Origin: a virus
Strand: one strand, 5' to 3'
Length of the DNA stretch: 64,000 nucleotides
Virus record (IMG/VR): IMGVR_UViG_3300013099_000021
Location: 6,817 to 70,816 of that record
Position numbers and translations under genes: made by a program. The notes below the pieces were generated by a model. That model was not told where the DNA came from and did no database searches. It saw only the letters and a program-made list of their open reading frames with translations. Shown piece by piece: positions 29,101-37,414 of the stretch. Position 1 is the first letter of the stretch, and the number at the start of each line of letters is the position of its first letter.

Positions 29101-30553
29101 CTGTTGGTGCTTCTTCCCCTGGCTTTGGTTTTGGTACTGCCTTATCGATACCCTTGATAACTGCTCCACCGGCTGTAAAGTATGCTCCACCGGCTGCTCC
29201 TGCCCAGAACGCATCCCAGGCTCCATCCATAGGCTCTGCATCCGGTCTTACGCCAGTGTATTTGTCTGTAAGGTTTTCGCCAACTGCGTTCACAAGTTCC
29301 TCGACTCCTTCCTGTACTGGGGCGGTCCATAAACCAACCTTCATATACATGGACTTTATCCATCCCCTAAGACCGGTCTTAACCAGTTCTTGTGTGGCTT
29401 CCTTCCCAATCTTCTTGATAGACCCTTTGATGAGGTAACCCAGTCCGGCTGTGCCCATTTCTGTACCAGCCTCAATAGTTCCGGTAATGGCTCCATTTAG
29501 TAAGGCCATTCCTTCTGGTGTTCCTTCTTCTATCAGACGCTCATACTTTTCGCCACCGGTCATCAATCCAATGGTAGCTAATCCGGCAGGTCCTCCAAAG
29601 GCAGCCATCATACTCATGGGTAAGCTCTCGGCTCCTTGCAGCATTGCTGCTCCAACAGCTTCCATTTTATCTCCGGCCTTCCACAGCTCAGTAATTGTTT
29701 TATCGTACCGTTCGCTACGCTCCAATAACTTCTTCTCCCTTTCTTCCCAGTTCTTGTAATAATCTGTTTTGGTGTCGATAAGCTCCTTGACATCATTGGA
29801 CGCTTTTAAAGCCTGTACTGGGGAGAATTTGCCAAATCCAACCTTAGCTGCAAACTCCCCGGCCTTATCCGCTTTAGCTGGATTGACCCCTAGTTTTTTC
29901 ATTTCCCAAGCTAATAACCTACCAGGTGCTTCAAGTAGTTTTTCAGCCATCTTGGATCCTTTTTTTGACCATCCGGGCAGCTTGGCCATTCCAGCCAATA
30001 CACGCTCCCCGACATCTCCCATATAAGATCCGGAGTCCGGCTGCCCTTCTTCACTTGGCAGGGAGGCCAGTAAGCCTTCTGGTTCTCCATCAGGCATAAG
30101 AAGTTTGGCTACATCATTGATGTCTAAATTCTTGTCGGGAACGGGTTCTTCTTCGGCTGCAGCCTCTTCCTCTCGCTGCGCCTCTGTCTTGGGCTTCTGA
30201 TTCTTGGGCCAGTCCATAGGAGGGACTGGATCCTCTGGTAGATAATCTTCAAAGGATGGGATGGGGAAAGGATCTATCTCTGATGGTGGTGGTGGGAATT
30301 TCGATGTGAGGTATTTTTCCCTGGCTGAAGCAACCTGGGTGGGGTCAGCCCCTCCCTCCATTTCAATAGGAACCAGGTAATCATCAAAATACTTATTCAG
30401 CCTTTCAGCTTTTTCCTCGTCAGAAGATTGGATGTAAGAGGGGTCATTGAGCATCCTATTCTCGTAGAACTGCGCTTTCTCACGTTCCGACAAACCCCTT
30501 CTTTTTGCAGTAGGGTTGTATTGAGGTTCCTGTAAGGTTTCTTTCTTTCCCAT
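17120..30553 (-). CDS. giant polyvalent virion cargo protein (adenine MTase-like, Strawberry-notch SF2 helicase, zincin HExxH, LPD38-like)
   Basis: DPSAGNG...NPPF (~25040-25235); GHQTGTGKGR and DESH (~23520-23960); STGISMH, QLFGRIYR; HEIGH (~20355); C-terminal IPKPFELG/FAAAG region. Confidence 0.85.
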   Translation of the reverse strand: MGKKETLQEPQYNPTAKRRGLSEREKAQFYENRMLNDPSYIQSSDEEKAERLNKYFDDYLVPIEMEGGADPTQVASAREKYLTSKFPPPPSEIDPFPIPSFEDYLPEDPVPPMDWPKNQKPKTEAQREEEAAAEEEPVPDKNLDINDVAKLLMPDGEPEGLLASLPSEEGQPDSGSYMGDVGERVLAGMAKLPGWSKKGSKMAEKLLEAPGRLLAWEMKKLGVNPAKADKAGEFAAKVGFGKFSPVQALKASNDVKELIDTKTDYYKNWEEREKKLLERSERYDKTITELWKAGDKMEAVGAAMLQGAESLPMSMMAAFGGPAGLATIGLMTGGEKYERLIEEGTPEGMALLNGAITGTIEAGTEMGTAGLGYLIKGSIKKIGKEATQELVKTGLRGWIKSMYMKVGLWTAPVQEGVEELVNAVGENLTDKYTGVRPDAEPMDGAWDAFWAGAAGGAYFTAGGAVIKGIDKAVPKPKPGEEAPTGPPTEPPTPTEPPKPPKRTAAGLKLDPEYVEKVKSERKFFDDKRIKEEQEKYNIPDTPGITIEDATDETLDAIDRGEPVMNDRLKMAADNLYGEYKKLAALKSDPKRKQTTEQIDEMMSVLEFEITQLNNRINEQAEKGEFVTEEVELTDKIKVSTITEGVEGKPDEGVPPKPEVVEKRPERFVETPFMDQYQLQERTEVADRVVKAIDKMEKEGLTGSVKNAEDHLTVDNSIGLFGAGRHKINTPEDYAILRAEAEAIKEESLTAIEERKAMPPVKEGMIRYGGQDYASIEELAEALSIHPIERLPQPDLDLNVYKAMELARKIRDDKKPPEEPPGTAGAVVVEKVVEEEPTGEPIQGLGDPALILSGKLGDVNKRFVVLEDAVAAEVEEITKDKADLEERLKKEFKGRLSLDQKKDRKKLEDQIAKIEKDEQAAVDQWQDEVNEFAQKIQPTIEKKIRELAPTITDEEFDKAMWYVWQDISTVQKGEMDKGISIEDHITNVLAGEVFEEPTPPTEEPVEPPAPPPVEDPKARERKHDTLVIRVAQWNKTPATHTQIKGDLMQQISRAVADLGYIVGMVDGQMVVKDENGKKIKQTEMRTPKEEIDAHLALNEYEDQGFIDFVNKVITYPGFLMDYDVDLKASQIASGIKNIEEGKKTVAANKLLDALENSLAVGAIEIKKTKRHPATSVSVEEIDNLIADAKLDEFTNQFGELSPENVDEAIKMGLMTEEEKSRYLKNIEDEIKQTEEAAVTEPGEERLDTGEAKVTKPGENKRERERVINEIDAQITDKRNQIQTIQKQKQKKYSELTGRKGLFGDTKVETGAPGMFDETFDPSDENIKKALQPFDAQIEAINREINNLEQSKSTAGNEAAGQTTIPTQSEYSDLVGKVFFIPELNKEVKVVRVEDWTDPRDQRVKDLGGLFGEAPAEFEKLTVAIIEDPVSIKGESKKAVIVDKFRDLIAKGKATEVEPFDNKEYRTELTKIIDIYKSIGDMAKAEQLEKKMYREPRTYDGSELAWEQDLASKRRVAEFEKRQDDIQTGKIIFAPIPVEEDYTLENVMDLLESNVKRGDPLTPYVLKNARKEDLNRLVKLTNEHHKILAQLGFTGKGIQEIKYLADQFYPSSPIMAMYGIGSHARALDKGHQDSSQKKVDDSIAFFTRSLGETEAKHKLIRQRAFTWEVKNRIWKGEPIADFRELIKIAAKWGVTNKTAIRERAELAMVEVARSIAMDNTINEADQFSRIQGLYSTFPTLSYRTSAIKEKQQYSTPVPLAFLMGEYTNAKSVDNVMDPSAGNGALLISADRRGVRANEIDEGRYQNLIEQGYRVFNKDSTHGIQDQLDVQTVDAVHINPPFGGTTEDFEGYWLHGEYVPVAHALKSLSNTGKAAIITGGHIKWKANGQMVGSGKPGDKNDLQFFNWLYKNYYVEDVIQLPGDLYKTMGASYPVKVILVNGRKTEKKGAAPLQSEAFNPVENWTDVRERITVLKTKANENNSLQRKVDAMRGTDSLVGGRATDQNPATERSGVDPTVSEETDLPAEQGAADNERVTNPFTSRPDPGAGRTRASGTDNVKSTIHKSDGGTDQTGRRGEVGRFGEIRPTRSALDLPTNNIGKPDQRTKRELGISDISADDVTSHRPLSDLGSGNFIVPASIASEMQDALMQLSDEIGDIDEYVREKLNYNSLDEMKGTGMFAEQVDGIGQAIYNIEGKNAMIIGHQTGTGKGRIAAGVIRYAIENGKLPIFITKGADLFTDIYRDMVNIGSPNYKPFIMNKQFASSGQKARVFDKDGNVKWEVDPQENNRIIGTEKRPGTHKLPEGTQMIMTTYSQFTTEGRDSEKRSFLNKLIRDNDVVFVMDESHEASGMSNTGDFFKDWLLGTQGGLFLSATYAKRPDNMPLYSMKTVLQEANMTMEEMIDGILAGGPALQEIITHQLAESGQFAKIGFKMDAEMNYVVIGDTDPSQRTYNPELGKRMVEDFDNITGVLQEIVDFQRDFINPVLEGMNEDIKREGKQVGMRKGTSQAGVNNAPYFSRVWNIIDQLLLSIKVKEAVPLIVEDLKAGRKPVIALKSTMEAMFQKMVENLELKKGETIPLDFSHVLKRGMETVMKYTETDAQGNDVKADLNPEDLTATGRSRYYSMMEKIQRMTTGIPISPIDILRKGITDAGFEAVEITGRHTMFKLNEDGSRGEFVTNDRGDKIKAVARFNNNPGVAAIVNRAGSTGISMHSSPDFLDVSQRTMWTLQNDLDINVVVQLFGRIYRADQLNKPIYNMVTSTLPAESRMFMMNAKKLKSLDANTSGNQKHSKSLADVDDFLNKYGDDVVFEYLKENPDINRRIGDPLNIGGKDPNKQNAAHRVTGKIQILPSRMQEEFYREVAERYRNDIEYRNSTGTNDLMVTNEELDAVFKKSTVEIEGNGGYSYFGDDTVLNEAEVNVTRKPFTKAQLEEQLEKVPDNHVEDLRAAMEKGIESQLDTQIRNVQRSSEEARALWRQKIEDKDGLSPEDKVREYELKKNEIDERESDRINNLRVVSQLNKAKFNKYFDFFEPGKGLEVPFTDDEQLGLVRMNKGVFVSFDVNMNKANPWVPSNVMLKFATTDSRKMFRIPVSKYNHLDAIIGNSYHISNAQSNEIMEDWDNIKKSRTRETRYLVTGNILQGMNKYKKGRLVKFSMEDGSIVKGILMPENWINETSNTARMPIHKAANIIKALAPKTFVEDVSRDIIIKKMDYDSPQMYELKVPASTQRGSKYYSNEVIKSIVRNGMFEQINDRMVARFPEESLQPLLTVLNERFKTMLEVDHKQVQKGNDQTDAASTMDEYGAGESTGPIDRGGLSNPHNDTKGMIYTPHKDRVVPSPKPPKPGFSPKKLWEIQDDISKALGKKIQYTRRPSARRAVGSYDPTIGKLGIKHFGDEDVAAHEIGHYLDDKYGLLGPKAYPIYNELKAELSKLWEYGSKPPRGHKNPERYRMAEGMAEFIRAWVVNPSEAESRFPTTYEWFRSQMQPHTKVWEGLEQFSEDVRTLYGSSALDQTLTNARLDPKVGRKGIAWNRENKEGQFQTTIFDKMGRRIWYFIDPLVEAFKYAAKQQGITDIDDPNQLSPLQNFEIVVRNHLGLDVKLQNLMDKGVMDFDQSRVLDPKTGQAMTFDWMYEAIPGTSNAQWEKNTDITMAVGISERAVELPKKYQARLLRHDLETTTDRLPPLKILAKHPHIIEMWAGKINDIITRMDEGVLDPDDVWISNEPTYNKKGEIVAPGRYDFTDVVSTGVAQSGQRDYDVAVAAVKEFEAMKITDPELYDGIKEFWRRYREISKQWSEYAYQAGLISKETKDQIQNENLDYVAMNRLQAIEPKDMVEGKDLEFEEQQRPTGTGLQPREVVFPFKGSDRPIDNPVSSMIKSWMNLVDVGDMNYSVQTFADMFKRGAVGRNMHEGDVVKHGEIAWVQDYKEPSGYNISFYEKGKKKYLVFGDKYLYETWKDLLPVSDSLGMKIASFFPQLLRRAITKSIRFVNRNMIRDLGQFLVVGTAKRYARPWYILPNKKADDAFERYGGGQFGFVPRKKIIGSQRKESKLPHHQYMMKAKKKGNPNTKYNMVGKGFQFVNRQFNMSERPTRRIQYMASYNEGIKKYGLTHQEAAVRAAYQARDLMDFAAAGTVAKEINKVLIFTSAAVRGMEKIARTARKNPARFAVHLAAFSMLPSILNSLYMSLGYITDDEREEYLSHPNYLRDGFYRFPNPFGRGWIIIPKPFELGRIGSVAQRGMDMALYNDKDAFSDGWWFSFISSMNPYSISGITSGFSGGIGVVANYDMFRQKHIIPPSEKDLAIASRETHNASKFSRLLMEGSDAITWNQEDNPFIDPRMLDYFLFSQFSTYAEYPIGAFEYLPILDDPNRSVALQWDDLGIYKDPQIYGSKHVQHLMTLYNKFPHLKAEGHYVAFRIALDGYFSEGVQSDYDLKAEQGAILLKTAHEIRKALDAPVEETGKPRDFFKEASGNKDIKDAKKSSN

Positions 30554-30563
30554 GGATTAGAAA

Positions 30564-32195
30564 TTAGGGAGTTTGGTTAAGTTGATTATACATCTCGGCC
30601 ATGCTGCTTTTCAGCTCATTGATCTCATATTCCTCAGCACCCATCTTAGTCAGGAAGGCATTATTGATACTCGACCATGGGGTGATAACTGTCTTTCCAT
30701 GCTTGGAAACATAATCGCTCCATGAAATTGATCCCATCGCTTTCTCTTCCTGTGCTGCACCATATACAGATCGGGTGAGTAGGTATGGCTCGTATGACAT
30801 AGCAATGCCTTGCTTCATTAATTCACGCTGCACCTCCATGGGAATAGGCTTTCCTGGCTTAACGGTGTACTTCTTAACTTTCTTATTGCCTTGTGCGTCA
30901 GTAACCTCTAATTCAACAGGCACATCTCCATCCCCATTATAGGTGGGCATATAAGAAACTGAAGCTGCCTTGTGGGATCCAACCTTCGTTCTGTCTGGCT
31001 CGGAACCGGTGCTGGTGTCTATCGCATCAGCCGGTGTCATAGCGTCAAACACCTCATCCACGCCAGTAAGAGGCATATTGTATGATTCAAACTCCATTTC
31101 TTCTGAACTGGAAGTTTCGGGTGTATCTTCCTTCTTCTTGCCCCTCCAATTCGTTGTATATGTTGCAGGGGTGGTGCTTGATGATTTCATTATTATCGGC
31201 TCCATCATGGCCTGGGTATCGATCACTCCGTCTACCCTGGGGATCCCGGCTCCTAATCCGGAAGGTGTATCTTCATCAGCCTTGGGTAGCCTGGATGTTT
31301 TCTCCGATGTGGTGGTTCCATGTAGACCGGAAAACTTGTTAGCATACCATTCCTTCGCATCCATTACAACGCCATCAGCATTTTTCTTATCGGTAGCTAC
31401 CTCATAAGAAGCGTCTATGGCATTTTTCATGTTAGGCTCGGCCATCTCGTATCCTATCTGGTAGGCTTTGTGTACAATTTTTGGATCAGCACCGGTTACC
31501 TGAGTGGTGGTCATGGTATTTGTGAGAGGATCAATCTTTATATCGCTTCCCATAACCTGTTCTCCCTCAATCATAGATCCAACCTTTTTGGCATAACCGA
31601 TAATATCCTGAGGCTCGGGCCTAAACACTACCAAGGATCCTCCGTTTTCTGCAAATGGTTGAGCAAATTCATCAACACTTTTAGCTTGATTCATGGCTTC
31701 AACATTAGCGTCAGTCAGTTCCCAATCAATCTTCTCTCTGTTGGTTGGATTTCGTATTACCGAAAGATCCTTCTCATAGACATCTGAATAATGTTTATAG
31801 ATAGGTACGTCGGAAGCTACCTTATTCTCCAATCGCCCCATGGCCATTTTAAGATCCTCCCCTCCTTTTGTCTTGGCTAATCCGGACCAATCACCCGCCT
31901 CCTGGTCCTGCTTAAACATACTGCTCAGTTGAACAACATCCTTATTCAGACTCCTTGATATATTAGCGTTAACACCCTCAACGGTAGGCATCCTATCCAT
32001 ATAGTCCATATACTCCTTCTGGTCCATCTGCCTATCCGTAACCTTTTTTATTCGCTTTGTTTCAAGGTTATATCTGATCGTCTGAATAGGATCGTAAGAA
32101 CTCTTACCAAGATCGGGTACGCCTATACCTAAAGGATCAGCACCCGCTGGTACACTGAAATTCACATCGCTATAACTCGTTCCCTTTGTTGCCAT
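30564..32195 (-). CDS. putative internal virion/ejection protein
   Basis: position between muzzle and giant cargo gene. Confidence 0.55.
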   Translation of the reverse strand: MATKGTSYSDVNFSVPAGADPLGIGVPDLGKSSYDPIQTIRYNLETKRIKKVTDRQMDQKEYMDYMDRMPTVEGVNANISRSLNKDVVQLSSMFKQDQEAGDWSGLAKTKGGEDLKMAMGRLENKVASDVPIYKHYSDVYEKDLSVIRNPTNREKIDWELTDANVEAMNQAKSVDEFAQPFAENGGSLVVFRPEPQDIIGYAKKVGSMIEGEQVMGSDIKIDPLTNTMTTTQVTGADPKIVHKAYQIGYEMAEPNMKNAIDASYEVATDKKNADGVVMDAKEWYANKFSGLHGTTTSEKTSRLPKADEDTPSGLGAGIPRVDGVIDTQAMMEPIIMKSSSTTPATYTTNWRGKKKEDTPETSSSEEMEFESYNMPLTGVDEVFDAMTPADAIDTSTGSEPDRTKVGSHKAASVSYMPTYNGDGDVPVELEVTDAQGNKKVKKYTVKPGKPIPMEVQRELMKQGIAMSYEPYLLTRSVYGAAQEEKAMGSISWSDYVSKHGKTVITPWSSINNAFLTKMGAEEYEINELKSSMAEMYNQLNQTP

Positions 32196-32206
32196 TGTTG
32201 TAGAAT

Positions 32207-32884
32207 TTAAGAATATGATGCTTCTGATCCTTTTCCTTGACCTATTAAGGACCCAAGTTCACCGCCTGCATCACCTAATGTACCGGCTATGCCGCCAAAC
32301 GCTTCGGCCCAGGATCCCATTTTATTTTTAAGACCCTCCCACTGTCCCTGACGGCCCATGGTGTCAAGCTGTGCTGCTTTGTTCTGAGCGTTGAGGTATG
32401 GGTCAGCCTCATTCCACCCCCAGGCTTGGTGCTGCCAATCGCCAAGGCCCTCTAAGGCTCCCATGTATTGATCCCTCCTCCCTTCCTTGAATTGAGCGTT
32501 ATCAACACCCAGATTGGATTGTGCATCCATGTTCTGTGCATAGAGATTCGCAACACCGCCAAAAGCCTCTGCACCAGTACCCATCTCCTTCATGGCGTTC
32601 ACACCACTGGCTGTTGCTTTATTGATTTGGTTCGTCATAGTAGTCATCCCGGGCATATTCTCAAATTGACCTCCCCGGGCCATCTCCGTCATCATCTGAA
32701 TAGCCTGTGGGGTTTGCATCTCCGGACGTTGATATGCTGCGGATAAGGTTTGAGCTTCATCCATCATGCCCTGCCCAAGCTGCATTTGCTTCTTCCCCAT
32801 CCTTGAACCCAAGGCTCCCTGTAAGATGCCGGATGTCAGGTCTATCCCTTTACTTATTATAGTTCCCCAAGGTGTTGCTCCCAT
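32207..32884 (-). CDS. Gly/Met/Gln-rich internal virion (pilot-like) protein
   Basis: composition and position typical of podovirus ejection proteins. Confidence 0.55.
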   Translation of the reverse strand: MGATPWGTIISKGIDLTSGILQGALGSRMGKKQMQLGQGMMDEAQTLSAAYQRPEMQTPQAIQMMTEMARGGQFENMPGMTTMTNQINKATASGVNAMKEMGTGAEAFGGVANLYAQNMDAQSNLGVDNAQFKEGRRDQYMGALEGLGDWQHQAWGWNEADPYLNAQNKAAQLDTMGRQGQWEGLKNKMGSWAEAFGGIAGTLGDAGGELGSLIGQGKGSEASYS

Positions 32885-32900
32885 GATATTATTTTTTAAA

Positions 32901-35900
32901 TTATTTGCTTCGTTCGCTTGGTGTTGATATTACTGCAAGGTTAGAGATGGTAACCTTATCAGTGATCCCTACTGCGTTCTGGACCTTCATATCAACTCTG
33001 ATATATAGTCCTCTCATCTCACGGCCATTCATTTCCTTCTCTGCCTGCGTCCCCGGACCAGGGGTATTTATATCTCTCAGGATCTCGCAATAAAATACGC
33101 CTTCCTTTTCCTCAATATTCACATCATAGATGTTGGTTTCCATCTCACCGGAAACGGCTGTTGCCTTCTCGGGTATAGTAATACTATTAAATTGTGGGCG
33201 GCCACCTGTCATGTAGGCATGAATAGCCTTGTAGATTTGAACCTTGGCGGGATCAGAAACTCCATAGAATACCAACTTAGGTGTTCTTGGGACTCCTGTA
33301 ATTCTGTTATAATCTGTCCCGACCCACCATTCATAAATTCTGTCGGAGTTTGTTTGAAATAATCTCTTACCAAACCAGTACATAACCCCTCTCTGAAATG
33401 ATACGTCAATTTGACTCTTCCACCTCTGCTCTGTTTCACTGAACGTAATTATCTCCGGTGTATCGGAACCCGTCCCAAAGAGACAGAATAATTCATCCGT
33501 GGCCATGGAGAATCCAAACTGAACCCACACGTTATGTTGAAAAGGATATGCGGCCAAGGTGTTAGCTTTATCAATGAAATACCTCCGCATTTTCTTGGAA
33601 CTTACATCCTCTGGACCATTGGCCGCATCCCTTACAATGATTGCTTCCGACTCATCCCAAAAGTATAAATGCCTATTGTGAGTTATCACACTATCAGGAT
33701 GCCTTGTTCCCCAGTTCTCCATTGCGGGACGAACTGAACCAAATACTTTATCTGTAAACAGGTATTGAGCCTCACCAGCAGCGGTAAAGGACTCCTGACG
33801 GCTGATGTAGATGCTCACGACCTTCGTGTACTGTACGACCTTTAAAACGAACCCTACAAGGCGTAGGCCCTCGATTGGACCATGCTCATCTTTCAGGTCC
33901 TTATAATCATCAAACTCAAACTCTGCAAGACGATTCAACTGGGATCCGATACTGACCTTCCCACCATGCCTTAATCGCTTCGTTAAAACATTCTGTTGCT
34001 GACTATCGATATTTGGTATTGGATTACCTTGTGAGGTGAGTTTATTTGTCAGATAGAAATCAGACGCATACTCGCTCTCACAGTATATTGGAAAATCGGC
34101 ATTATCAAATACGTTCCTGAAATTCCTCCAATACTTCCAGTTATCGTGAGATGTGTTGTTGATCGATGCAGGCGTTAGCGGATAACCACTTGAATTTAGA
34201 ACTTGATTTACATCCCCCCTGTGATACTTATTACCATACACATCTACGCCAATAGCGAAGGTCATTCCTGTAGTGAAATACAGGTTTGACTCAGTTACGA
34301 ATGGACGATAGATCTCTACCCAAAGATTATCAGGCCATATATTTGGTGAGGATCCCGATGCCGGGGTGAATGTTATATCATTATTCATTGGGAAATACAA
34401 CCACTGATCAGTTGTCTCAACAGCGCTTGTTCCATCACCAATATCATTCTCGTTTTCAATATCATCGAAAATAGCTACGATCTCCACATCGTAGATTGCA
34501 TCATTGATCTCTGTAAGCACCCCAGAAGTGTTAACCTTCCCCATAATCCTGATCCGGTCACCTTTCTCCCACACATACTCTTCAACGGACCAGTTTAATA
34601 GACTATCCCGGGTAAGCTCTTGTGGTTTCTTTACACGGATCCTAAAATAGTCAGATGAGGTTGCGGGGGAGCCGGCAATTTCATGGTTATCTCCTTCTTT
34701 ACCATACGCAAAGTTGTATCCCAGTAATTGTAGGTGCCATGAGGTTGACTTATTTCCTGCATAAACAATCTCGTAGCTTGCGGCTTGTGGAGGGGGCAGA
34801 TGGCTTAGTTTGAATGTTATCTCCGGTCTACGCCCTACATTACTATCTGTGCTTTCTGTTGGGAATGGAATATATTTCGTCATTTCCGTTACACCGTTGA
34901 GAGGCGTAATCCTCCCCACAATGTCCCTGTAGATTACCGCCCAAGCATGAGTCGCCCCGGTCTTTAGTTGAGGGTACTTATCAATTTTATTTATCAGGGC
35001 CTCGTAATAAAACTCATAGCTCCATGTTTCGTATGGCAATGGAGCGTGTGGACCTTCAAAGAACCATGCACATAAAATATAACCTGACGGGGGAGATGCA
35101 AAACAGGTATCTACTGCGCCAGGGTAACTTGTGTTTATTGCGTTCTGGATCCCTGTTTTTACTGTTGAGGGATAAGCGTCTGTCCCGTTGTAGATGTAAT
35201 TGATATAATGCCAAGTGTCTATGGCAGAGAATTTCATTCTGATCTTAAACGTACAGGCACCAGGATTAGATGACGGTATAGTGAATTGTAAAAGGTGTTC
35301 CCAATCATCAGCCGGTCCTACCCATCTCATCACTGGATGGACGTTTAGCCACACGGTCTGCAGTGTGATAGCTGATAGATCCTGCCACGCCAGCTCAATC
35401 TCCGCATCGACACCAATACGGCTATATCCCTCTGTTATGTGAGCAAACGACAGACGGTTACCCTCGATCAACTCCATGTGCTTTGCCCGGATGGGCACAT
35501 AATGGAATAGATTAAATACATCGACTGACGGAATTACTTGTCCAGACTTGTCGTTGTAGAAGTACACATACATATTAATCCCCGCAGCCCTCACTCTATA
35601 ATCCTTATCATTGACAACATAAATCTCATCGATGACGAACCAGGTGGAAGGATCCTCTGATGTTCTAGCCACTACCCGAATGGATCTGACTTGCTCATTC
35701 CCGGTATTTATCTGTAAGCGGATGGTGTTGTTGTGTGAAGGATCCGTTTCAGGTTTCCCATTTATTCCTTCCTCCTGTGATGGTGCAGGGACAAGGCTTG
35801 GTGGGGCGTATGTGCTTCTGCGGTAATCCATGTACACATACTGGTATGAAAACTGCCATGTCCTCCCTTTCAGTTGGTTCACGGCCACCGATGGGGTAGG

Positions 35901-36650
35901 CATATACTGGGCCAGTGGAGAAATCAGTGGAGGTAGTGCTGCCAGTGTGAAATTATTCGGATCTATTGGATCCAGGTACACATCAACCACTGTTGCAATA
36001 GGATCATAATATGCGGGTGCGTTAGGTGGATAATCGCCTTGGTATTGGGTGTTCTGAAGAATATCATAAACATAGTCTTGATAATAAACAATATCCCCTA
36101 CATTATACCCGACACCCTGGGCATAGCCGTAGTCGTAATACACCACAACTTTATGGATCCCTGCATCCCAAGTTGTTTCCATCTTCTCCACATCGATCTG
36201 ACGAATATCATTCACATTGTCCGTGAAGATCAATCGGCCATCAACGATCCGTGGGTTGTAGCACTTTTGCATATCAGCATCCCAGGCTTTGATATTCCAA
36301 TCGTCTGCCAATCCCTGAAAAATGATCTTAAATGTGTTGTCCAGGATGTTGTGCTTATAGATGACAAATTGCCCTATACTAGACACCTCTCCATAGACCA
36401 ATAGATATGCACGATCATTCTCCTCATCAAGGGCTACCCCCAAATGAAGCCATTCGCTTGTGGAGCTTCCCATGTTAGGGAGGTACAAATCTAAAGAAGA
36501 TTTAATTGAAGATATTAATCCCTCATCACCCTGTTGCTGTGTCACGCCAGAGCGTAGGTTCCTCATCTCCTCATAATCACCTTTTTCAAAGTGTCTGGGA
36601 TCATCATCGGTGTTAAGACCACCTATCGGAATAATATCTTCGTTACGCAT
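32901..36650 (-). CDS. tail muzzle/stabilization protein (crAss-like)
   Basis: N-term GGLNTDDDPR..GDY...NLR, WQFSYQYVYMD, C-term NGREMRGLY; follows ring genes. Confidence 0.75.
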   Translation of the reverse strand: MRNEDIIPIGGLNTDDDPRHFEKGDYEEMRNLRSGVTQQQGDEGLISSIKSSLDLYLPNMGSSTSEWLHLGVALDEENDRAYLLVYGEVSSIGQFVIYKHNILDNTFKIIFQGLADDWNIKAWDADMQKCYNPRIVDGRLIFTDNVNDIRQIDVEKMETTWDAGIHKVVVYYDYGYAQGVGYNVGDIVYYQDYVYDILQNTQYQGDYPPNAPAYYDPIATVVDVYLDPIDPNNFTLAALPPLISPLAQYMPTPSVAVNQLKGRTWQFSYQYVYMDYRRSTYAPPSLVPAPSQEEGINGKPETDPSHNNTIRLQINTGNEQVRSIRVVARTSEDPSTWFVIDEIYVVNDKDYRVRAAGINMYVYFYNDKSGQVIPSVDVFNLFHYVPIRAKHMELIEGNRLSFAHITEGYSRIGVDAEIELAWQDLSAITLQTVWLNVHPVMRWVGPADDWEHLLQFTIPSSNPGACTFKIRMKFSAIDTWHYINYIYNGTDAYPSTVKTGIQNAINTSYPGAVDTCFASPPSGYILCAWFFEGPHAPLPYETWSYEFYYEALINKIDKYPQLKTGATHAWAVIYRDIVGRITPLNGVTEMTKYIPFPTESTDSNVGRRPEITFKLSHLPPPQAASYEIVYAGNKSTSWHLQLLGYNFAYGKEGDNHEIAGSPATSSDYFRIRVKKPQELTRDSLLNWSVEEYVWEKGDRIRIMGKVNTSGVLTEINDAIYDVEIVAIFDDIENENDIGDGTSAVETTDQWLYFPMNNDITFTPASGSSPNIWPDNLWVEIYRPFVTESNLYFTTGMTFAIGVDVYGNKYHRGDVNQVLNSSGYPLTPASINNTSHDNWKYWRNFRNVFDNADFPIYCESEYASDFYLTNKLTSQGNPIPNIDSQQQNVLTKRLRHGGKVSIGSQLNRLAEFEFDDYKDLKDEHGPIEGLRLVGFVLKVVQYTKVVSIYISRQESFTAAGEAQYLFTDKVFGSVRPAMENWGTRHPDSVITHNRHLYFWDESEAIIVRDAANGPEDVSSKKMRRYFIDKANTLAAYPFQHNVWVQFGFSMATDELFCLFGTGSDTPEIITFSETEQRWKSQIDVSFQRGVMYWFGKRLFQTNSDRIYEWWVGTDYNRITGVPRTPKLVFYGVSDPAKVQIYKAIHAYMTGGRPQFNSITIPEKATAVSGEMETNIYDVNIEEKEGVFYCEILRDINTPGPGTQAEKEMNGREMRGLYIRVDMKVQNAVGITDKVTISNLAVISTPSERSK

Positions 36651-37414
36651 TATCGTTTCGCTGTTTGTTTAGTATGCTTCCAAACGTGTCTGAGGTATTC
36701 CTCTTTCGTAAATGCACTCTGGAAGAAATCAAGTGCATGGACCTGCTCCTCATACTGGTCCTTCTTTCTCTCCTTCTCAGTGGCAGACACCTTGCTGTCA
36801 TTCTCGATCAACTGCCACAATGCAAATGCCCTCAACGCAGAAACAGCTTCCCGTGGGATAACCGTGGTTCCTTGCAGCTTTATACCGGTGGAGATGTATT
36901 CTAAAACGATCTCTGCCCGGGGAATAGATCCTGAGAATATAATCGTTCTCATCTCCCTGTCTATCCGGTAGAACGCCTGATCAACTCCACCAGACAGCCC
37001 ATACAGTCCACCTATGAATTGGCCGTTCCGGAAGTGATCTGTGAAATACATGAACTCCCCGGATCCGGAATCATCATCGGTATTGCCTACTGGGGCACCA
37101 TCAGCAAAGGTTCGGGGGAATAGGATCTGCTTATGGTTGGTCAACACTCTCAGCTTCCCACCCATGGGCACCCCTATTCTCAACCAATCAACAAAATCCG
37201 CAGGGAGATCAACGGTCTTTGCATCAGACATCCTCAGATATACAACCTCGATGTTATCCAGGTGCCAAAGGTTGAGATCCGAATAACCCTCGATGATGAT
37301 CTGTTCCAGGAAGGAATAATGTCTCATGGAGTAATCCCTTAACCTATTCAACACACTCATCACAACATAGGTGATAGTAGTTGTTCCTGTGGTTTTTGGT
37401 GTCGTTAAGCTCAT
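36650..37414 (-). CDS. tail ring/connector protein
   Basis: TVDLPADFVDW.RIG, IVLEYISTG, AVSALRAF pattern; position. Confidence 0.65.
   Translation of the reverse strand: MSLTTPKTTGTTTITYVVMSVLNRLRDYSMRHYSFLEQIIIEGYSDLNLWHLDNIEVVYLRMSDAKTVDLPADFVDWLRIGVPMGGKLRVLTNHKQILFPRTFADGAPVGNTDDDSGSGEFMYFTDHFRNGQFIGGLYGLSGGVDQAFYRIDREMRTIIFSGSIPRAEIVLEYISTGIKLQGTTVIPREAVSALRAFALWQLIENDSKVSATEKERKKDQYEEQVHALDFFQSAFTKEEYLRHVWKHTKQTAKR

Noticed and set aside
27520-29130. GGT-rich short repeats in the giant gene
   Set aside because: Explained by Pro-rich linkers (PTEPP) in the coding frame
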